Below, in pieces: positions 38,925-51,188 of a stretch of 64,000 nt of DNA (the stretch's first letter is position 1; every line of letters starts with the position of its first letter). The position numbers and the translations under genes were made by a program. The notes beneath the pieces are model-generated. The model worked only from the letters and a program-made list of their open reading frames with translations. It was not told the DNA's origin and made no database searches. This DNA comes from Convolutriloba macropyga (Eukaryota), in NCBI RefSeq assembly GCF_964194025.1, contig NC_134471.1, positions 81,468,001 to 81,532,000 on the forward strand, written 5' to 3'.

Positions 38925-40204
38925 TTTTGGATTTGAATCTGACAAAGATTTGAATCTTATTGTTGTAAGAGTTTACTTTAAAATGGCATAATTTTGAAAT
39001 AGTTTTAGTGGCCTGAAATTTGAGTCCAAAAAGAAAAAGAGTCTGCGATAATTTGTTTATCTAATTGTTTATGAGGCAAGTACTAGTTATTAACTTTGTT
39101 CATCTATTTGTTTATTGTGCAAGTACTAGTTATTAACTTTTAATCGATTAGCGTCAATAAAAATATGACTAATTATCGGTTATAATTACCATTATCTTTT
39201 ACCATTAGAAATGATCATTAGAAATGTCTCTTTTGAAGTTGTTCATCAATCGTTACACGATTGCATGTATCAATCGTTACACGATTGTTCATCAATCGTT
39301 ACACGATTGTAAATGATATATAATATGCAATTGTTCTTGGGTGGGGGATTGTAAAAATCCCCCTTTCAAAAATTGCCCAGTTCAAGGTGACGGTCCCCTC
39401 AAACCGAACTTTAGATGATGATTCAGAGCATTGTAGATTTGGAGTCATAATATTAAATATTAAATATTAAACTAATCTACTTAGATGAGTAGAAACCCAA
39501 ATGAAAATATATTCATTTTGACGTGATAGGGGCCAAACGGGGGTCAATCAATTTTCTTTTATCGATCAAGTTTTTGGGCATCACCTACTGGCTATTATTA
39601 CATAAATGATAAGTTTCATTGATGATTGACCATTTCTTTGGTGATGATTGAATGTCACAATCGACCTTTGAATTGATTTAATTATGTATCAATAACAATC
39701 GTTTGACGATTGTAAAACAAATGAAAACATTTTCCAATAGAGGTCGCACGATTGCATTTACAATACAGCGAAGTTTTGAAATTAAAACACAGACGGCAAT
39801 TAAAACTTGCTTATAATGTAAGTCAAATATAACTGAGCCCTTTGTTCAACAACTGCAAAGTAATACATTGTAATTTGATTTTAAACCGTTTAAAGCTAGG
39901 AATTGATATAATTATTTTTATTAGCTGAGTTTTTCAGGACTGAAGAATGATGATAGGTATCCGACATTTTAGCGTGAAAACAATGAGCAAGAATACTTAA
40001 TTTTTGTACCATGGAAACTAGGTGTTTGATATATACTAACAACTAAGGTCACTCGTTCACTGCTGGAAAACTAACCACGCTGTCTCAAGTTGTTGACCGT
40101 TAACAATCCGTATGTGTACCTATACCCACCACCATGACAGCCCGTCTCCATAACGAATACAGCACTTTCCGTGCTGGGGTTTCCTCGCTGCAGACGAGCG
40201 GGTG

Positions 40205-40715
40205 ATCTTATTGAATTTCTAAATCTGTTTTGCATTTGTGAAACACAAAGTATGCAACCATGAAACGCGATGAAGTTCAATTGTTCACCTTTAGTATTTT
40301 TTGGTATAGATAATTTTTATAGCTAATACACTTCCCAGTCAAGGGTAGCTTGTTGTTGGGTGATATTGAATTTCTAAATTTGTTTTGCATTTGTTCAATT
40401 GTTCACCTTTAGTATATTTTGGTATAGCTAATTTTTATAGCTAATACACTTCCCAGTCAAGGGTAGCTTGTTGTTGGGTGATATTGAATTTCTAAATTTG
40501 TTTTGCATTTGTTCAATCGTTCAAATTAATTATAATTTGGTATAGCTAATTTTCATAGGTTATACACTTCCCAGTCAGAGGTAGCTTCAATCAAAGCACG
40601 TTTGCAACAACGCGGAACATTTAGTATAATTTGGTATAGCTAATTTTCATAGCTAATACACTTCCCAGTCAGGGGTAGCTTCAATCAAAGCACGTGTGCA
40701 ACAACGCGGAACAAT
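40205..40715. repeat. Tandem repeats of ~80-120 bp
   Basis: ttggtatagctaattttcatagctaatacacttcccagtcaagggtagctt occurs 4 times (about 40302, 40420, 40537, 40631). Confidence 0.9.
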
Positions 40716-41107
40716 TTGAAGCAAACGCAGAACATTTACAATACAAGTAAACAAACGCCGCACGTTCAGATCGTTCGGAAACCACATGACTCAAACAACT
40801 CTATTACTTACGCAAGCGTAGGACGATAGAATGCAAAGAATGCAAAGAATGTAATTACCAAAGCGTAGAAAGTGAATCACGCGCTAATAACTCGCTTTTG
40901 CCAAATTCTCCAAGTACAGATCAGTCGCTCAATTTATTCAAGTCAAATTAGTTCTAATTCTAATTCAAACTCGCCAAGTAAAGATCACTCGCACAGAAAT
41001 TTTCTCTATTCATTCTATTGAAGTCAAATTAATTCTAATTCATCAAATTCTTCTATTCATCTTCATCAAATTATTTCGTATGCAACCCCCCTTCTGTTTA
41101 TACTAAT

Positions 41108-42777
41108 ATGTCTGATAATTCGTCCGAACCAAGTTACACGAATGAAATCCCTATTGTAAATAATTTCAATCTTAGAAATTACTTGTCTCCTTCAAAGCCT
41201 CCTACTTGTCACCAAACGCAAGCCAGTACTCCTATCATGATGCCCACATTTTCCGACCTAGACTCAAATGTACGACAATTGTTTAACTCAAAATTCTTAG
41301 CTGCCCTTACCAACAGAGATTCTATACTAAGAGAAATCAAAGATTGCATTATTTCAAACGACGAAGAAAGATGTCGCAAACTTAGTAAACAAGTGCATGC
41401 TCATTGGAGATCATTGAGCACAAGGAACGGTTGCATATTTGTCGACAATAGAGTCGCAATTCCTAACAGCATTAAAGAGGCAGTTTCAGATGTATTCCAT
41501 GCTACACACCCTGGAAGTTGGGGCATGACGGAACTGGCAACGCGAGTGTGGTGGCCATTTTGCAACAGAGATTTACTCAATAGGGTTCGACTGTGTAAAG
41601 CGTGCACAGAGTTTGGTAAGAACTTAAAGCCAATTGTACTAAGCTAATAGTACCAATTCTACCAGACCTATTTACGATGGTCAAAAGAAATATACATATT
41701 ATAATTTTAAAACAGGGATAATGTTAAGACACAAACATGTCATGGGATAATGTTGCGAAATACTGTTTAGATTATGACACATTCGGCTCAGAGGAACTAA
41801 TAGATGATTCAAATTGGAGGGACGAAGACTTACTAAGTGAAGAAGAAATTAAACGAAATAAAGACCGAATCAGAGAGGCAACTAGTGCTCAGAACTTGTT
41901 CAAATTTCTTCCGTCATCGAGTTCACAGCCAGTCAATCCTTCGAGTACCCGAATCAAATTCGCACGGAAAAACTCAAATGTTAAGAGCAGGAGAAAAAGT
42001 CTTGAAGGACTTTATGAGACAATACCAGCGGGAGCATCAATTATAAAGACTTCAGACTCAACCGTTACGATACGCGTACCGGGTAGACCCGACACTGATA
42101 TACATAAAGCAGACTTAGCAAAATTCGGAACACCAGAACAGAGGAATACTCCACTTGAGCAGTTCATCCAACCAGTGGACAAGAGTGGCAACGCAATAGA
42201 CGCTATGGTCGAACGAATGCAGAAACACGTCTCAACTTCATTAAAGAAAATGTCGGGGGAAATTTCAATTAGAAAACAGTCAGAGACTGATCCCAGCCGA
42301 GACCCATCGAAATCTAACACCAAAAAGGCGATCAGAATTAAAATTCCAGATCGGAAAGTATCAAGGACAAGTAAGAGACGAAGTTCCAAAAGAAAATCTT
42401 CGAAAGAATTTCCGACCAATAAACAAGTAAGAATTGCTAGCCCAGATAATTCAGTTAGTTCTTATCACTCAGCACCCCCAGTAAGGATCATTCGACAAGA
42501 AACTGGATTTCGTAGAAGCAAACGTCTCCGCAAAACAACAAGCCGTTTTGGGGAACTAGCATCCGATACAGAGATAGATGATGAAATCGTGGTACAAGGG
42601 CCATCTTGCAGCGCATAATCATTCCAACCCGCGCAATTACCCGACAATCGTCAAATGATTAAAAGTTCAATTCAACAATGCCCTCAGGAGGATAGTGACT
42701 CGGACTCAAATTTTGATGAATACGAGGAATATGAGGTTGACATTTCGGATCATGAATTGGGTCACAAGGATCTGTAA
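41108..42777 (+). mobile_element. Internally deleted Gypsy-type pol fragment from a different family (integrase zinc-binding domain and C-terminal tail)
   Basis: LSTRNGCIFVDNRVAIP...HATHPGSWGM...VWWP...CKAC (H2C2). The DDE core is missing; a basic Ser-rich tail with RRSKR follows. Confidence 0.8.
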
Positions 42778-44294
42778 TCCTGTTTGCCAGCAAATGTAAG
42801 AACATTGTCAAAACTATAAAACACTCATTAGTGCAATTAGTAAGTGCTCTGAAGATTTAATTGACAGCACTGTGCCAAGGCCTCACTTACTTACTGTGCC
42901 TCACTTTCTTACATATTTCAGTTGATAAATCCATAATTTTCATAATCATTTGTGATCCATGTTGATAACTTTGTGAGTAATTCAGTAGCCAAATGCAGTA
43001 TGCATTTGTTGTTCAATTTTCTTTTCTCGTTGTTCAATTTTCTTTTCTGCCAAATGCAGTACGTTTACATATTTATGTTTCAATTGTCCCTCATTTGGGG
43101 AACTATGTTACAATCGTCCCTCATTTGTGATGAAATTGCACCGATAATTCATACAGTATTTGATTTCATAATGTTGCTACATTCCATTCAGTATTTGATT
43201 TCATAATTTCATTCCTTTCATAATATCGTAATGATATATAATACCATTGTAACCTCTAAGTGTGACTGGCATCATGACAATGAAGCAGACAAAGAGAGCG
43301 CAAAAAGAGCGAACAATACAGTCTTATCTGTAATCGAGTTTTATCTGAAGCTTATGAGTAACCATATCGCTTACAGTTTATAATTAACTGCTACGTTAGT
43401 TAAATTGTTACACGATTGAAAAAAAAATTAATAATCAAGAATTTATTAAGTCATGTATGCACAATTATTGTCAACATTCCTATATGTAAAAGTTCAATGT
43501 CAACACGATGGGTGACAGTTACAGAGAGACTAATGAATCAAGGGTGATACGTCCAGTGAGACTTCCTTCTGTCCACCTCATCATCCATCATCCTAAAGCA
43601 TTTATTTATATTTACACAATTTGACATCCATCATGATTTTTCAGTGGTAGACTGCATATGGTTTATATGCAAACGCTTGGCTTTTGCACTGATAGTTTAG
43701 ATTGTATCAACTAATTCTTGGCTTTTGCACTAATTTTGTTTCAAGTCCCAGCAAACAAGTGCACATGCAAATTTAGTTTGAACAAATTGGACATGTTTAA
43801 AATGCACGAAAATTTTAATCCGATTAGAGTCCATTTTAATCCGACTCATTTTGGCCAACACTCGTGTACATACATTGTATGCAACACTTTGGTTTTGAAA
43901 TAAAAATTAGTTTTTTTAAATTTTGAGCTATTGGTTGGCACAAATTTGACTTTTGTATTAGATTTTAAGACGAAAAAAATTTGTTTCGGTTCTTCTTACT
44001 ACCAAGATTTAGTGATGCCAAAATGAAATTTTGATGTTTCATATTGGCAGTACGACAAAATTTTTGCTTCAAAATGGTATATAACTCAACTCTTACAACT
44101 TCGAGGAAAAATTTTTGAAAGTGAAAATTAAAAATTTTTTTTGGGTCCAATGACCTTGCTTTCTGCTTTTCTGGAAAAAAAAAGTTGATAGTGGTCACCG
44201 AAAAAAAATATAGGTGATGCCAATTTAAGTGCCAAAATGAATAATAGTAAATTTCATATTGTCCCAAGATCAACTTTTTCTACTACTTCAAATT

Positions 44295-44553
44295 NNNNNN
44301 NNNNNNNNNNNNNNNNNNNNNNNNNNNNNNNNNNNNNNNNNNNNNNNNNNNNNNNNNNNNNNNNNNNNNNNNNNNNNNNNNNNNNNNNNNNNNNNNNNNN
44401 NNNNNNNNNNNNNNNNNNNNNNNNNNNNNNNNNNNNNNNNNNNNNNNNNNNNNNNNNNNNNNNNNNNNNNNNNNNNNNNNNNNNNNNNNNNNNNNNNNNN
44501 NNNNNNNNNNNNNNNNNNNNNNNNNNNNNNNNNNNNNNNNNNNNNNNNNNNNN
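44295..44553. other. Assembly gap (N)
   Basis: N run. Confidence 1.
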
Positions 44554-47500
44554 AATTCCAAATATGAAATAAAAGCACGGTTGGCAACAAATACAAACAA
44601 AACAAGAAGAGTTATTTGTTTGGTTATTCTGTGAAGTGCTGCACGACGAAATTGTTGAAGGCATTCTTTGACCCGGTTCCTGCTTTCTCCTTCAATCTGG
44701 TGAACGATACTTTGTTTCGTACACAGTCTCCTTCGATTTGACTCATCCACGTTTTCCGTTGCCCCCCAGGAGCGCGTCTAGCATGGACGTATTGATCGGG
44801 CGGGTCCCAATCGAAGGCACTGCGGGCTAATCTTCCTGGTTCCATTCTCTGGATGTGTCCGTACCATTTTATCCGTTTGAGCATGATCATCGTGGATAGT
44901 TGGGGCATTCGTGATCTTGACATAATTTCTTCGTTCGTTGTTTTCTCCAGATATGACACTCGTAGAATTCTCCGAAGACAACCACAGTGGAAACTCTCAA
45001 GTTTTCTCTCCATTAATTTCGAAAGAGTCCAAGTCTCTGAGCTGTACAGCACGGCTGATAAAACGAGTGCTTTGTACAAATTGCACTTGAGGTGCACGCT
45101 GAGCTGCTTGCTCTTCCAGAGATTTTGGAAGTTAGCAAACCGTTGTCTACCTTCTGCAAGTTTGCAATTGACTTCCTGCAGGTCTCCATGCTTGAGGCTG
45201 ACATATGATCCGAGATACTTGAACGCTTCTATGTTTTCAAACTCGTTTCCGAGAACATCTTGTACTTTGCAGGAAAACACGCGTGTGGCAACTGCTTTAG
45301 TTTTGCCACAGTATCTCGATTGGTGAACTTTTCGGCCATTGACTGTTTTGAACTTTCTTTCACACTTGTCACAGGTAAGGCTCGCCTCTAGTTGCTCGAA
45401 CTTTGACTTGTCGACGACATTCTTTGACAAACCGGCTTTGCAGAATCTTGTTTGGTGCACTTTGCGTCCGGTAACTGTACTGAATTGCCGCTGACAATTC
45501 TGACATCTTAAAGACTCTTGGTCAGCCACCACTGACCGACTCTCATTTTCTAGCGACTCTGAATCTGCTACCGCAGATTGTTGTTGTGAAGCTACCAACG
45601 CTGGCTTAGCCACCGCTAAGCTTTTCAATCTTAGCTTCCGGCCATCTTGTGTTTCGAACCAGCCCGCTTTCTTTTTCGTTCCCAGCAGCACCTCCGTGCT
45701 GATGGTTAGTCGTGACTGGCTAGATGTCTCTGCCAGGAGTCCTAGTTTGCCTTTATGTGTTCCAGTGAGTTTCTCCACGTTCTGTTGGATACTAGGCACT
45801 GCAACAACACTTGGGCTGTCGCATTTTACGCCCATATTCTTTGTTTTGGCCACATTAATCTTCAGACCAGCGGCTTCCGCAAGGGCCTCGATTTGATGTA
45901 GGTTTTCTTGCACCTCATTGTCTGAGACCCCCACGAGAGCAACATCATCAGCAAAATCTAAGTCAGCCACCAATCTCCCAATGTCTAATCCTCCATGCAC
46001 CGAGTTAGCCAAAATGGAGTTGATGACAAGGCCGAATAGGATTGGGGACCACACATCACCCTGCCTAACGCCCGTTCTGACATCAAATAAGCGTCCTTTC
46101 TCACCTTCGGCTTTGACTCGACATTTGAATCCATCATAGCTGTTTCTTCTGATGTTTATCACTTTTAGCGGAAGACCATAGTGTTTCATTATCTGGTACA
46201 TCTGCTCACGATCGACAGAATCGAATGCCGCTCGAAAGTCTATGAAACAAAAGCTAATATCCAATTGAAACGCCATTGATTTCTCTATTATTTGACGCAG
46301 GGCAAAGAGTTGATCGGCGCATCCTCTGCTTTTTCTGAAGCCGCACTGCTCTTCCCTTAAGACGCGATCCACTGAATCTTTGCATCGATTGAGAATAACG
46401 GAAGCGAACACTTTGCCTGGTACTGACAATAGAGAGATCCCTCGGTGGTTCGAACACTCTGACCTCTTTCCTTTACTCTTGTATAATGGGACAATTTCTG
46501 CTACCTTCCAGTCATCGGGCAGAACTTCCGTCGACCAACACTTATCTATGATGTCCCAGAGCCACTCGACAATACCCTTGTGTGCTTTCAACAACTCACG
46601 GGAAATGTTATCGGGTCCACTTGCCTTGCCATTCTTCAACCTGCGGACAGCTTCAAGCACTTCTTCAAATCGAATTGGGCTCAGGTCAATCGACAAGTTT
46701 TCAGCTGCTTCTTCGGGATCCAATCTCGTACTGCAACTGGATGTTGAGGGATTCAGGAGTTGACTAAAATGTTCCGTCCAGCGTTCAAGTCGTTCCTCTT
46801 TCGTCCGTAAGTTGACGCCAGTGCTTGAAACTAATTTGGTCAACTGGGGACTCCATTTTCGGCAAATCTGCTGTGATGCCCCAAAAACCTCTTTCAAGTT
46901 GCCTCTGTCCGCAAAGCTCTGCACTTCTTGGCCTTTGCGTTCAAGCCATGCCCGTTTGTCTGCACGTAGAGCTTTTCTGACTTCCTTACAGCAGTTTGTG
47001 AACTCTAACAACGCCACCGCGCTGCTGTGTTTCTTCAACTGTAGATCAGCTCGTTTCCGGATAAGTTCCAGAGAATCTGGAGAAATCCAAGGTTTGTTCA
47101 CTCGCTTGTCCGGAAGGAGGCATTTCACTGCTGCTTGGTTCAAGGCTTTTCGAAAATTGTCCCAAGACTGCTCTGTATTCTCGAAATCGCCGCTCTTATC
47201 CAGATCTAACTTGACCTCCTGCGTGAATAAGTCACGCGTTGTTTCATCTTGCAGCTTTGCAGAACTGATTCTGGGCGTGAAACATGGCTTTTTAGACAAA
47301 AGTTTCATAGATACTTCCGCAATGACCATTTCATGATCGGTAATTGTGGTTTTCCCTCTTCTGGTCCTCACATTCATCAGACATCCTCTGTATCTCTCTG
47401 CAAACAGAATGTGATCCAGCATCTTTTTTCGACAACTCGGATCGGGAGGGTTTTAGGTGTACCAATGCACTTGTCGATGCTGGAACCATGTACCACCTAC

Positions 47501-48260
47501 GAGCAATTTGTGTGAAGTGCAAAATGATAACAACTTTTCCGAGTTTTCATTTTCTTCACCCATTCCAAACGGGCCTCTGCAGCTCATGGTGTCATTCAAC
47601 TGGTGTCCAGGCTCTGCATTGAGGTCACCGATGACACAAATACGCTCCCTATGTTTGAAGCTGGAAACTAGGTCTGAAAGTTGACTCCAAAACAAATCCT
47701 TCTCTTGGAGACTAGCTTCATTCGTAGGTGCGTAGCAGACAACAACAGCTAGATTGGCTCTCCTCCGAGCCGCGAACTTGACGTAGCAAATAGGTTCACT
47801 TAGAGCCACTTGTTCTACGATGCTGTTTATCAATGACTTCTTTACAGCAACGCCCACTCCTCCTTGTCTCGACTTTACACCAGACAACCACGAGTCAGAC
47901 AGGTAGAGCTTGTGGTCTCCGAGATCAATTTCTTGCTCCTGCAATCTCGTCTCCTGCGCTCCCAGAATATCCAACTTGTATTGTGCCAGATCCATTTTCA
48001 AAGCCTCTAAAGATCCGGCTTGGGTCAGTGTTCTGACGTTTAAAGTTGCAATTCTGAGTTGGTTCCTCGGGAGATTCTTAGCACCCCTTACCCGGGACTC
48101 GGGGCCATGGTTGAATGTACTCATTGCTTTGGTGTTTGAAGCCTGAGATACGACTAGTTGCGCCACAAACTAGAAGACCAGTGCCTCGTTAGCTCGACCA
48201 TGTGAGCGGAGAGCCGCAGCACATGATCTACCCCCAGGGGACACCACGTGGAGGTGAGGT
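44554..48260 (-). mobile_element. RTE-clade non-LTR retrotransposon, near full length (single APE-RT ORF 48166-44624 with one in-frame stop)
   Basis: APE motifs TLNVRTL, QETR, CYAPT, GDLNA, LDH. RT motifs QCGFR, FIDFRAAFDSV, GVRQG, FADD, FKYLGS, LYSSETW, WYGHIQRM. TAA at 47453-47455 replaces the W of YTW and the frame continues into 47422. Confidence 0.95.
48183..48260 (-). ncRNA. HDV-like self-cleaving ribozyme in the RTE 5' UTR (5' strand of P1 lost in the gap)
   Basis: Minus strand: CCTC (P2), ACC-TCCACGT-GGT (P3/L3), GTCCCCT (P1 3' strand), GG (P1.1), GATCATGTG..GCGG-CTCT-CCGC..CACATGGTC (P4), GCTAAC (J4/2 with catalytic C), GAGG (P2 3' strand). Confidence 0.85.
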
Positions 48261-48437
48261 NNNNNNNNNNNNNNNNNNNNNNNNNNNNNNNNNNNNNNNN
48301 NNNNNNNNNNNNNNNNNNNNNNNNNNNNNNNNNNNNNNNNNNNNNNNNNNNNNNNNNNNNNNNNNNNNNNNNNNNNNNNNNNNNNNNNNNNNNNNNNNNN
48401 NNNNNNNNNNNNNNNNNNNNNNNNNNNNNNNNNNNNN
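48261..48437. other. Assembly gap (N)
   Basis: N run. Confidence 1.
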
Positions 48438-48849
48438 GGGGTTGTACAAGGGTAAAGAAATAGCTGCTCCTGAGTGTTTTTGTTTGTAAGGAGGATTAGT
48501 TTTTCGAGCCAACAAATTTGTGCGGTTGCTGGGTAGACCGGTTTAGTAGTATTTGTGATTTTCGAGGCCATAGGCCGGGGAGTTTTGAGTTCCTTTGTGT
48601 TAATAACCTATTAAGATTGGCGGGTTTCTCAATAAGTATGTTTTAGGTTTTATAGATTGCTTCTAAAAAGAAAACCCCGAGCAGCCAGTGATCACCCAAT
48701 TTTATTCACGGGCTTTTATGGTGACAGGTCTTTTTGACTGACTGGAGTGCCTGGCGCTCCTAATAAACTTTTAAATAGATGTGAAATAAAAATCTCGTGT
48801 GGAAGGCCCTCTATGGAGGGATTTTAGAAACGATATTTTGCATGACTTC

Positions 48850-49453
48850 ATGATATTTATTATTGGAGCAAGCTCTGTTAATCATGCCCTACAGTCGAGA
48901 AGTGACGAAGAAATAGTTCAACTTTCAGATCAACTGAAAACATATGTCAATAGCGATACTGGCTTAAATTTACACCCTCAGGTCAAAAATCATGCTAAAA
49001 CAGTTCAACGTATCCTGCAAGATAAAGTTGGCGCACAAGACCGGTCATTATATGACACGACCTAATTAACAATACAATCACAAAACATATCCACGATCCC
49101 CGAACACTCCTGAGTCCCCTTGAACTTTTAACTGAAATACACGCACTACAATATATAACAGCTATTTTCTATTGTAACAGACAAAGAGAAGCAAACATTT
49201 TTTTCGAAATTAAACAACTGAGTATTTCGGTGGTGGAAGTTACAACGAATCTTATCTCTTGATCGAAACAACAAAACCGTGAGTTAGTTGCCACTTATCA
49301 GCACTTACATCAACCGGATTTCTTTGAGCTTCACTCTTTAGAAATTGTCATGAAAAACAACCGTGATCTGTCCGCATTTCTGTGTAAGAAAAGAAAACAG
49401 AAATTGTCACAAAAGCAACGTCAAAAACAGAGAGAAACAAAAAAGACACAATG
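48850..49453 (+). pseudogene. Decayed ~200-codon ORF, possibly SGNH-hydrolase-like and TE-derived
   Basis: IFIIGASS...GLNL... then, after a frameshift near 49040, VII*HDLINN...YQHLHQ and a basic tail ending TGA at 49453. Confidence 0.3.
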
Positions 49454-49570
49454 AAAAAAAATTCGAGTAAATCAGTTCTTGCAGTAGTAGTGGTAGTAGA
49501 TGTAGTAGTGGTAGAACTGGACTTGTTGTCCAGGTCTATCTATCTAAAATTTCTACTAGCCATTTACTCT

Positions 49571-50167
49571 TGTAGTAAACTATAGAACTTAATGTATGAC
49601 AAGCTCATAAAATACAAAGTGAACGCACAATTCGAAATTATCACAATAAAGGAAAAAACAAAAAGAGATGGTTACTAAGAGTAAACCGGATTTTAACAAT
49701 ATAAAAAAGCATCATAAATAATGATGGAATCATCGCGGAATGTCATCTTGACGGGAGACGTCAAGGAATGTTTTTTCTTGACGGGATCCGTCAGGCAGGT
49801 AAACCTGTTATCTGTTAATTTAATTAACAGGGGCCCGTGCGGTAGAAATTCCCGAAGAGATTAAAGAAAATGGGTAAAAATAACCTAAGTTTAATCAACC
49901 ATTGATAGGACCGAAACCAAAGACCATATTCAAAACTAAACCTCATATAATTGAGCTGCCTTTCTCTTATTAGCTTTACAACTTCTCATCTTTAGAAAAT
50001 TTTTGTATTTTCGACCAATAATTCTAACTCTATATTGAACCATTTGAATATTTACAGCTTCATAATTAATTAAAGTCTTATAAGATTTTCATCAGTAAAC
50101 CAGAGGTTTTCAAGTGCTCCTAGAAAAACCCCCAACCCGTAACCGTACACAGTGCACGGATATTACA
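49571..50167 (+). repeat. 5' LTR of copy 2 (TG...CA)
   Basis: TGTAGTAAAC...GGATATTACA. Confidence 0.93.
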
Positions 50168-50168
50168 C

Positions 50169-50180
50169 TGGCGACAGAGA
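50169..50180 (+). promoter_or_regulatory. Primer-binding site (TGGCGACAG)
   Basis: TGG lies 1 nt after the LTR end; repeated at 59809. Priming tRNA not determined. Confidence 0.85.
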
Positions 50181-51188
50181 TTTTTTAAAAAAGTTATTTT
50201 TTTGAAAACTTTAATAAAAATTTCGGTAGGAAGACGCAAATAAAAAGCACTTTAATCCCGAGAATCCGAGAATCGAGTTCATCTCGAGAAAACACAAGAA
50301 TTGGGATAACAAATCACCAATTCCACCAATTTCCACAAAAGTTTGTGGGATTTAGTTGCAGAAGTCAAAACGGAATCAGTCGCAAGTGAGAAATTACTCG
50401 CGTGGGGCTAACTTTTACTCGTTGGTGAAGAGAGAAAATTGCTTGTGTGGAAAGACCGCATCATACCAAGTGAGTACAAATAAAGAGTTTTCTCTAGTTG
50501 TTGTTGTTGGTAATCAAAACTGATCGCCACTGCGTTAGTCTTGTTAGTCTATGAAAATTTTTTTTCTCTTTCGATCATGGTTGCGAAATTGACTTGTAGA
50601 TAACGAGCGACATAACAATCGGAACAAAAAAAACTGCAGCGTAATTGCGTTGTAAAATCAATTAAAGCAATTGCGTTGTTTTGTACTCTGAAAGTTATAT
50701 ATTGACTTTTTCTGAAACTACCATTAATTAAAAAAAAAACAAAAAAGCGAAAAAAGTTGATCAGGTAACAATAAGCAGGAGAAAGTAAAAGAAAATTAAA
50801 GCACCTAATGTCATCCCTGTCGTAATTAGAAAAAACTATATATTTTATTAGCATCAATAAAACAGGAAAAATCGGAATTCAACTAGTATCATATTAAAAT
50901 AATAAAGAGAAATTAGGTGCGACAGTCATCTATAAGACCTAAATTAAAATTTGGTTAAAAATCAAGAAACAAAATAGGTAAAAAGGAAATACCAAACTGA
51001 AATAAGCGTTAGGTTTTGTTAAAAAAAATTTTTAAACCATTAAAAAAAGAGACAATTATAGAAATTCAAAATAAAATTAGAAAACACTTACCAGTGACGA
51101 TCTACTTGGTAATTACTTATAGAAACTATTATTTTCAACAACTAAACAAAGTTTTAAAAGGCCACGATGCAAGAAGGGGAACAGTAAA

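Noticed and set aside
35472-42777. DIRS/Ngaro-type YR retrotransposon
   Set aside because: No RT or RNase H is linked to the YR. The nearby retro fragment is on the opposite strand and is a Gypsy integrase zinc domain.
34921-44294. Terminal inverted repeats ATTTGAAG / CTTCAAAT at the segment ends
   Set aside because: Only 8 bp, AT-rich and adjacent to gaps; compatible with chance.
33981-48571. ORFs consisting mostly of X
   Set aside because: Artefacts of translation through N gaps.
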